Of a stretch of DNA of 64,000 nucleotides, positions 57,199 to 64,000 are shown piece after piece. Origin of the DNA: an uncultured Leptospirales bacterium (lineage in GTDB: Bacteria > Spirochaetota > UBA4802 > UBA5550); the NCBI GenBank assembly GCA_964439325.1, contig CAYTNW010000002.1, positions 31,821 to 95,820 on the forward strand, read 5' to 3'. A model generated the notes under the pieces. It saw only the letters and a program-made list of their open reading frames with translations, had not been told where the DNA came from and did not search any database. Each line of letters begins with the position of its first letter. Within the stretch, counting starts at the first letter, position 1. The position numbers were made by a program, and so were the translations under genes.

Positions 57199-58041
57199 GT
57201 GGAAAACATTATGAAGAAAAAAATAATTAAAATACTGATATGCGTTGTTGTAGTTCTTGCCGCGGCTCTGACAGCCGGAAGGATAAAACTGTCAATGGAT
57301 TTCAGCGGTGAAGTAAAGGAGCTGTTTTCAAATTCCGGGGACATATCGGGGAAAAAATTTTCCCATGGTCAGCTGACGTCACTCCCGGAACCGGTGCAGC
57401 GTTATTTTAAACATGTTATCAAAGAGGGTCAGCCCTTTATCAGCTATGTCAGGCTGAAGCATTCAGGGACATTTAAAACTGATCTGAAAAAGGAATCTAT
57501 CGATATAACAGGGGAGGAGTATTTTACAACCGCTACTCCGGGATTTGTCTGGAAGGGGGAGACCTCATTTTTTACGGGCAGGGACATGTATATTTCCGGG
57601 AAAGGAAGACTTGTTGTTTCCCTGTTTTCACTGGTTAAGATAGTAGACGGCAGCGGTCCCGATTTTGATAAGGGAGAGCTCCTGAGGTGGCTTGGTGAGA
57701 GTGTCTGGTTACCGACAAATTTACTCCCTTCAGATCGTCTGAGCTGGACCCCGATCGATTCGCACACCGCGGGACTTAACTTTAACTATAAAGGTCTGTC
57801 GTTATACTATAAGGTCAGCTTTAATGAAAAGTATGAGATCACGGAGTTTGAAACAAAACGCTCGATGGGTGGAAAGAGTATAGAAACATGGATAGGCAGA
57901 GCCGGAGACTACAGGGATTATCACGGCATTCTGATCCCTTCAAAAATAGGTGCATACTGGAGACTTGACGGCGTGGATTATAACTATGCAGATTTTGTTA
58001 TCACAGATATAGAGTTTGAAAACGCCAACCGGGAGTGGTAA
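57199..58041 (+). CDS. membrane-anchored hypothetical protein
   Basis: 280-aa ORF with an N-terminal TM helix (KIIKILICVVVVLAAALTAG). No family recognised with confidence. Confidence 0.5.
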   Translation: MENIMKKKIIKILICVVVVLAAALTAGRIKLSMDFSGEVKELFSNSGDISGKKFSHGQLTSLPEPVQRYFKHVIKEGQPFISYVRLKHSGTFKTDLKKESIDITGEEYFTTATPGFVWKGETSFFTGRDMYISGKGRLVVSLFSLVKIVDGSGPDFDKGELLRWLGESVWLPTNLLPSDRLSWTPIDSHTAGLNFNYKGLSLYYKVSFNEKYEITEFETKRSMGGKSIETWIGRAGDYRDYHGILIPSKIGAYWRLDGVDYNYADFVITDIEFENANREW

Positions 58042-58088
58042 CCAGTACTGAAACTTAAATGTGAAATTTTTTTGTATATCTGATCCTG

Positions 58089-58358
58089 TTATTCGGTAAT
58101 GGTATCGTTCAGCTGATCAATAAACAGGCTTTCAGACTCCTCGTTGAAAGTGATCGCCTTTCTTTTGCACCCTTTAACGCAGGTTTCACATAACAGGCAG
58201 TATTCAGTTTTGGAGGCTACTGCAATCTTCCCTTTATTGGAACCGGGTTTTTCCTGTATCTCTATCACACCCATGGGGCATAAAAAAACGCAATTTCCGC
58301 ATCCGTTACAAAATTGTTCATTAATTGTGATAGGATTAAAACTGTATTCTACACTCAT
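58089..58358 (-). CDS. small 2x[4Fe-4S] ferredoxin-like protein
   Basis: CNGCGNCVFLCP and CLLCETCVKGC. Confidence 0.7.
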   Translation of the reverse strand: MSVEYSFNPITINEQFCNGCGNCVFLCPMGVIEIQEKPGSNKGKIAVASKTEYCLLCETCVKGCKRKAITFNEESESLFIDQLNDTITE

Positions 58359-58594
58359 TTTCTTCTCCGTTAATAGTCAATAATGCCGATTTAAAATTAC
58401 AGTGTCAATTTTTTTTATCAGTATACATCGGCTTCGATTCGGAAGAGTGGTGCGGTATTTTTTTTAATAGTCTGTAATTCCGGAATTCCAACCGGAGAGG
58501 AGTTTTCGTTGACAGATTAAATTTATTTTTTAAAATTATCGTACATCTGTCCCGATTATTAAAATGTGATATAAATTATAAAAAATGGAATATA

Positions 58595-59626
58595 ATGATT
58601 AAAAAGATTCTGATTCCTATCTCCTCTGTTCTGTTAAATTTTATTTTTTTTATTTCGTGTTATTCATATAACGTCAAGGAGAATGACGGCAACGCGAACT
58701 CCCCCCTTCATAATGCGGTATTGAATGGAGATATCTCCCTTGTAAAGAGGCTGATTGAAAAAAATGCGGATATTAATTCCGAGAATGAACAGTGCGTGAC
58801 CCCTATAAGACTGGCCGCTTATTTAAATGAGAGAGAGATGGTGCAGCTTTTTATCGAAAGGGGGGTCAATGTGAACTACAGGCCCGAGGATACAAGAAGC
58901 AAAACTTCAAGCCTGTTTGGAAACAATATCCTGAAATATCCTGAAAAGAAGAACAATTTTTTTCTGACTTTTGATGCAGGTGATGATGATACAAACATCA
59001 ACTATATTCTTGATACGCTGAAAAAGTACCATATAACGGCGACCTTTTTTATTACCGGCTCATTTATAAAAAGATATCCGCGCGATGTGAAAAGAATAGC
59101 CGCAGAGGGGCATATTGCCGGTAACCATACTCTTTCGCACTCATTCGATTACAGGAATGAAGACCACCTGCTGAATGAACTCTATGAAACGGAAACTATT
59201 TTTAAAAAGATAACCGGGAGAGATATGGCGAGGATCTGGAGGGCGCCCTATCTGCGTCATCTCGAAAAGCCGTGGATGCTGAAAGCGGCAAGAAAGCTCG
59301 GTTACCGGCATATCGACGTATCGCTTTTTTCTAAAGACTGGATCCCGGAAGGGGAGAGCCAGTACCTGAGTAACGACAGGTTTATCAGCATTTTTAAACA
59401 CAACATGGATTTTAACAATATCAGCCGTATTGACGCTGACGGAGCCAATTATCTCAAATTTACAAAAAAGAGCACCGATTACCGCGGGATTATCATGCTG
59501 ATGCATACCGGGTCGTTTAGAAAAAATAAAAAAGATTTCGTTTTTACACTGGAGGATGTGATTCTCCAGATAATAAGCTGCGGTTATTACTTTGATAACT
59601 GTCTGAAATTTGAAGATAATGCCTGA
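58595..59626 (+). CDS. lipoprotein with ankyrin repeats + polysaccharide deacetylase (NodB-homology) domain
   Basis: Lipobox FFISC. Ankyrin units (SPLHNAVLNGDISLVKRLIEKNADIN). NodB motifs LTFDAGDD and GNHTLSH. Confidence 0.8.
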   Translation: MIKKILIPISSVLLNFIFFISCYSYNVKENDGNANSPLHNAVLNGDISLVKRLIEKNADINSENEQCVTPIRLAAYLNEREMVQLFIERGVNVNYRPEDTRSKTSSLFGNNILKYPEKKNNFFLTFDAGDDDTNINYILDTLKKYHITATFFITGSFIKRYPRDVKRIAAEGHIAGNHTLSHSFDYRNEDHLLNELYETETIFKKITGRDMARIWRAPYLRHLEKPWMLKAARKLGYRHIDVSLFSKDWIPEGESQYLSNDRFISIFKHNMDFNNISRIDADGANYLKFTKKSTDYRGIIMLMHTGSFRKNKKDFVFTLEDVILQIISCGYYFDNCLKFEDNA

Positions 59627-59816
59627 CCCGGTTCGCAGATCCCCTCTGATACACTTTTTAATTTCTTTTAACATTTATAGTGAAAAATCTACAAAAAAAT
59701 AATAGTTTACATAAAAGCTTAAAGTAAATAATCTGTATAATGGAAAATACCGATTATGTTAATGATTAAAGACTTTTTTTAAAGTCTGATCTATAAAATT
59801 TTTAATGGTAGATAAT

Positions 59817-60347
59817 ATGTTTTGTGAAAGATGCAAAAATGCGGAAGCGACAATTCATCTCTCTGAAGTGATTAAAGATATTAAATCAGAGGTTCATCTC
59901 TGCGAGGCGTGCGCAAAGGATGTCGGGCTGAACACGAAGATTTCAAATTTTTCCCTGTCTCTCCCCGAGATGCTTACATTCCTCAACGTTGATGAGATTA
60001 CTGATTATAAAGATGGAAAACGATGTTCAGTCTGCGGATCTGATTTTATTGCTTATAAGAGAGACGGAAAACTCGGCTGCCCGGAGTGTTATATAAATCT
60101 TTCGGAATTTCTGGAACCGGTAATGGCCGGCTACCATGGTGAAAAAACCTATATCGGTAAAATTCCTTTGTATAACGACGACGCAGGTATTACCGTGGGA
60201 GTTTTCAGGAGCGACAGGGCTGTTGCGGAAACGAGGTCGGATCTTCAGGCCGAACTTGATCTAGCGGTCAATGAGGAGAGATATGAGGACGCCGCCGTGC
60301 TGAGAGACAGGATCAGGGAGTTCAACCTGACGATAAACCAGAAGTGA
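59817..60347 (+). CDS. mcsA: McsA-like protein (zinc-finger pairs + UVR motif)
   Basis: MFCERCKNAEATIHLSE...LCEACA, CSVCG...CPECY, C-terminal YEDAAVLRDRI. Confidence 0.75.
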   Translation: MFCERCKNAEATIHLSEVIKDIKSEVHLCEACAKDVGLNTKISNFSLSLPEMLTFLNVDEITDYKDGKRCSVCGSDFIAYKRDGKLGCPECYINLSEFLEPVMAGYHGEKTYIGKIPLYNDDAGITVGVFRSDRAVAETRSDLQAELDLAVNEERYEDAAVLRDRIREFNLTINQK

Positions 60348-60357
60348 TTGAGGAGAT

Positions 60358-61428
60358 ATGCCCGGTTTACAGGAGACATTAAATAACAGAAAAAGTTTCT
60401 GGCAGGAGAAGGGGCCGAGAAACGATATAGTTCTGTCAACGAGGATCAGGCTCGGAAGAAACATCGATTATATCCCTTTCCCGGAATCTATGGATGACAG
60501 CGGTTTTGAAACTATTCGAGGAATAGCCGACAGCTTCATGATGAAGACTTCATTTGGAGGGAATACGTCCTGTTTTAATATTAATAATCTCGACCTGCAT
60601 GAGAAGAGGCTGCTTCTCGAGAAAAACATAATTACCGGCGAAATGGAGAATTCTGAAAAATGCCTTATACTGATTAACAATAAGGATGATTTCACTGTTC
60701 TTATAAACGATAACGACCATTTCAGAATACAGGTAATCAGGCCCGGATTTCAGCTTTTTGATACGTATAAAGACGCCGATGCCGTTGACGATGCGCTCAA
60801 TTCGGTTGCCAGATATGCTTTCTCTGAAAAATACGGATACCTGACGCCGGACCCTTCCGGTGTCGGTACAGGGCTGAAAGTGTCGGCGATACTTCATCTC
60901 CCGATACTGACTGTTAACAAGAGAATAGGAGAATCTGTGAATTTTATCAGGGATAACGGGTTTCAGATCTCCGGGACTCTCGGGAACACAGGGCGCGTAA
61001 CCGGGGGGCTTTATCTTGTCAACAGCAGAAAATATCTCGGCATGACTGAAATTGATGTCCTTGAAACGGCTGATGATCTGATTAACAGGATCATAAAGCT
61101 TGAGGATGATGCCAGAGACGAGTTCTTCACAGTTTCCAGGAGAGAACTCGAGGACAGCGTATGGAGATCTCTCGGGGTTCTCCTGTATGCAAGAAGAATA
61201 AACTATGTCGAGGCTGTTGAGCATCTGTCCCGGATAAGGCTCGGCGTTGTAATGTCGATAATAAAAAACTATAACATTGTAACAATCAACGACCTGATGA
61301 TTAAGGTCCAGTGGGCACACCTCCAGGAATATTTCGGCTTAAGGTTCAAGAGCATAATAGACAGCGACGATTACCGTGCAATGTTCCTGCGTACAGAATT
61401 AAAAAACAGCGGAGATATCAATGTTTGA
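60358..61428 (+). CDS. mcsB: protein arginine kinase (ATP:guanido phosphotransferase)
   Basis: 356 aa. VLSTRIRLGRNI, DHFRIQVI, GTGLKVSAILHLP motifs. Confidence 0.85.
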   Translation: MPGLQETLNNRKSFWQEKGPRNDIVLSTRIRLGRNIDYIPFPESMDDSGFETIRGIADSFMMKTSFGGNTSCFNINNLDLHEKRLLLEKNIITGEMENSEKCLILINNKDDFTVLINDNDHFRIQVIRPGFQLFDTYKDADAVDDALNSVARYAFSEKYGYLTPDPSGVGTGLKVSAILHLPILTVNKRIGESVNFIRDNGFQISGTLGNTGRVTGGLYLVNSRKYLGMTEIDVLETADDLINRIIKLEDDARDEFFTVSRRELEDSVWRSLGVLLYARRINYVEAVEHLSRIRLGVVMSIIKNYNIVTINDLMIKVQWAHLQEYFGLRFKSIIDSDDYRAMFLRTELKNSGDINV

Positions 61429-63937
61429 ATTTACGAAAAAATCAAAGAAAATAATAGAGCTTTCATCACAGAGCGAAGGTAAAAGAATGAATTCGGACAT
61501 ACTCGGTCCGGAACATATAATGATATCCCTTCTCAAAGACGATGATTCTGTCGCTTCAAGAATTCTGAAGAACCTCGGGATGAATTTTGAAAAGGTAATT
61601 ACACTGATGGAAAAGAGTTTAAAACCATCAATGGGGCCTGTAAATCCGATCAAGATCCCGGTTAACCAGGGTTTTAAAAACATCATCGAGCTGTCCCGTG
61701 AGGAGGCGAAGAATCTGAAAAACTCGTATATCGGCACAGAGCATATTCTGCTGGCCGTTTTCAGAGACGGTACATGCGGAGGCCTCGGCGAGCTTGAAAA
61801 GGGGGGAATAAACTACGATGTGGTTAAAGAGGAGATTCTCAGGGTGCTTGGAATAAGGTCTACCCCGAAAACCCTTCCGATAAAAAGTGAAACCAAGGCC
61901 ACGCCCCTTGAAGAGTTTGCGATTGATCTTACAGCCCTCGCAGCGGAGGGACAGCTTGATCCGGTAATAGGGAGAGATACGGAAATCTCAAGAGTTATCA
62001 GAATACTGTCGAGGAAAAGAAAGAACAACCCCATACTGATCGGTGAAGCAGGTGTCGGCAAAACCGCGATAGTGGAGGGGCTTGCTCAGAAAATAATAAA
62101 TAAGGATGTTCCGGAGAGCCTTTACGATTACAAACTGCTGACGCTTGATCTTTCAGCTATAGTTGCAGGTACAAAATACCGCGGTGAATTTGAAGAGAGG
62201 CTGAAAAAACTTGTGGCTGAGATCTCGAGAAGGGACAAGCTCATAATTTTCATAGACGAGATACATGCGATTACGGGGGCCGGGGCTGCTGAGGGAGCAA
62301 TAGATGCTGCGAATATCCTGAAGCCCGCCCTTGCCAGAGGTGAGCTGCAGTGTATAGGCGCCACCACTCTTACAGAATACAAGATGTATATAGAGAAAGA
62401 CAGCGCCCTGGTACGGCGGTTTCAGAACATTATTATAGATGAGCCGGACACAGAGGAGACCCTTGAGATACTGAAGGGTCTCAAGGAGAGTTACGAAAAG
62501 TACCATAAGGTGATCTATTCCGGGGATGCGCTTGAGGAGGCCGTTTATCTTTCCGACAGGTATATAACCGACCGTTTTTTCCCGGATAAGGCAATCGACC
62601 TTATAGACGAAGCCGGCGCCATGGCCAGATTTGAAAACCTTGAGAAGCCTTCGGAAATTTCGGAACTTGAAAACGAAATAAACAGGCTGAACGATAACAA
62701 AATTGAACTGGTACAGGCCCAGGAGTATGAACAGGCGGCTAGGATAAGGGACATTATCGCCGAGAAGAAGGACAAGGTTGAGCAGATTACCGCTGAATGG
62801 CTGAACAGGGCAAACAAATATGAAGTTCTGGTAAAGCCCTCGCTTATTGCGAAGATCGTGGCGGAGATGACCGGTATCCCGGTGGAGGATATTGAGGAGG
62901 ATGAATCGGATAAACTGCTGCGTATGGAGGAATATCTGAATAAGCGCGTAGTAGGTCAGTCCGAAGCGATTGATATAGTAAGCCGCTCGATCAGGAGATC
63001 GAGAATCGGACTCGGGGGGAGTGACCGGCCGAACGGATCGTTCATCTTTCTCGGTCCTACAGGCGTCGGCAAGACCGAATTGGGCAGGGCGCTTGCAGAG
63101 TTTCTTTTCGGCGATGAAAAGAGCATAATCAGGCTCGACATGTCGGAGTTCATGGAGAAGCATTCTGTATCAAGGCTAATAGGATCACCGCCGGGATATA
63201 TCGGATACGAGGAGGGGGGGCAGCTGACCGAGAAAGTTAGGAGAAAGCCGTATTCGGTAGTGCTCCTTGACGAGATAGAGAAAGCTCATCCTGATATATT
63301 CAACATACTCCTTCAAGTCCTTGATGAAGGGGAGCTGACAGATTCATCCGGAATAACCGTCAGCTTCAGGGATACGGTCATAATCATGACGACAAACATC
63401 GGCAATAATGACTCTGACAGAACGGGTTCGCTCGGTTTTAACAAGACTACGGCCGGAAATTTTAACAGGGACAGAACTGATTCTGTTCTGAAAAAAAGTT
63501 TCTCGCCGGAGTTTTTAAACAGGATAGATGAAATTGTCATTTTCAACAGGCTGGAGATGGATCATCTCTCCGATATAGTAGAAATCATGCTGGAAGAGGT
63601 CTGTGAAAAAATCAGACACAACGGAATTGAACTGTCCGTCGCTAAACAGGTAAAAAAATATCTTATCGAAAAAGGGTACGATCCGAAAACAGGCGCGAGA
63701 AATCTGAGGAGAGTGATACAGAGAGAGATTGAAGACCGTATTGCGGAAAAAATTCTGAAGGATAAAGTTTCGGATGGAGGCTCGTTAAAGATCTCACTGA
63801 AAAAAGGGGAGATCTTTCTTTCACTGAGGAAGAAAGATGACTCCGAAGATATGATTAACGGTGCTGACGAATTTGATGAAGCAGATGAAAACGAGGATAA
63901 TGAGGGCAACCTTGCTGTAAAAGCAGAAAAAGCTTGA
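61421..63937 (+). CDS. clpC: ATP-dependent Clp protease ATP-binding subunit ClpC
   Basis: Clp_N repeats, Walker [10 protein letters not shown] and [12 protein letters not shown]-like linker (YEQAARIRD). ATG overlaps the mcsB stop by 8 nt. Confidence 0.9.
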   Translation: MFEFTKKSKKIIELSSQSEGKRMNSDILGPEHIMISLLKDDDSVASRILKNLGMNFEKVITLMEKSLKPSMGPVNPIKIPVNQGFKNIIELSREEAKNLKNSYIGTEHILLAVFRDGTCGGLGELEKGGINYDVVKEEILRVLGIRSTPKTLPIKSETKATPLEEFAIDLTALAAEGQLDPVIGRDTEISRVIRILSRKRKNNPILIGEAGVGKTAIVEGLAQKIINKDVPESLYDYKLLTLDLSAIVAGTKYRGEFEERLKKLVAEISRRDKLIIFIDEIHAITGAGAAEGAIDAANILKPALARGELQCIGATTLTEYKMYIEKDSALVRRFQNIIIDEPDTEETLEILKGLKESYEKYHKVIYSGDALEEAVYLSDRYITDRFFPDKAIDLIDEAGAMARFENLEKPSEISELENEINRLNDNKIELVQAQEYEQAARIRDIIAEKKDKVEQITAEWLNRANKYEVLVKPSLIAKIVAEMTGIPVEDIEEDESDKLLRMEEYLNKRVVGQSEAIDIVSRSIRRSRIGLGGSDRPNGSFIFLGPTGVGKTELGRALAEFLFGDEKSIIRLDMSEFMEKHSVSRLIGSPPGYIGYEEGGQLTEKVRRKPYSVVLLDEIEKAHPDIFNILLQVLDEGELTDSSGITVSFRDTVIIMTTNIGNNDSDRTGSLGFNKTTAGNFNRDRTDSVLKKSFSPEFLNRIDEIVIFNRLEMDHLSDIVEIMLEEVCEKIRHNGIELSVAKQVKKYLIEKGYDPKTGARNLRRVIQREIEDRIAEKILKDKVSDGGSLKISLKKGEIFLSLRKKDDSEDMINGADEFDEADENEDNEGNLAVKAEKA

Positions 63938-64000
63938 TTTTTTGACCATTGTAAAACTACTGGTCTTTTATTATAAGGATTATCGGCAGCTGTTTTTAAC

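Noticed and set aside
59627-59816. I looked for CtsR operators (GGTCAAA direct repeats) or a CIRCE element upstream of mcsA.
   Set aside because: Neither motif is present. There is only an A/T-rich hairpin, so no regulatory site is annotated there.

Overview
This is a 64-kb bacterial chromosomal window, moderately AT-rich (about 40% G+C by eye) and densely coding on both strands. Lipobox lipoproteins, beta-barrel-type outer-membrane proteins and many TPR/HEAT/propeller proteins indicate a diderm organism. A hinge-poor 913-aa SMC, LVIVD/NHL-like propellers and a BspA/DUF285 repeat protein are reminiscent of spirochaete-like genomes, but I cannot assign taxonomy. Housekeeping anchors are smc, uvrA, pcm, an HtrA-like protease, panE, mcsA-mcsB-clpC and several transporters (SulP, ArsB/NhaD-type, two MFS, LysE). 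The most interesting stretch is 24-37 kb. It holds a translationally coupled pair of cNMP-binding GGDEF proteins, one of them degenerate. It also holds a three-gene unit: a TPR + beta-barrel outer-membrane protein, a protein whose three signalling domains (FprA/ODP-type MBL, GGDEF, receiver) all look catalytically degenerate, and a HEAT-fused processive family-2 glycosyltransferase (QRDRW). I read this unit as a candidate variant of c-di-GMP-linked synthase-dependent exopolysaccharide secretion that I do not recognise as described. The second point of interest is a ~2.8-kb G+C-rich insert (43.8-46.6 kb) carrying an 805-aa orphan lipoprotein, bracketed by two directly oriented decayed IS256-family copies. 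Other observations: MITE-like elements with TATAGC termini, a 4-copy palindromic motif CTGAAAAAG-N-CTTTTTCAG, a ~140-nt structured repeat with a compensatory base-pair change, a K/D-rich tandem-repeat secreted protein, and an acidic zinc-ribbon ORF coupled to uvrA. I found no rRNA, tRNA or CRISPR array. All family calls come from reading the translations and from remembered motifs; no searches were run.
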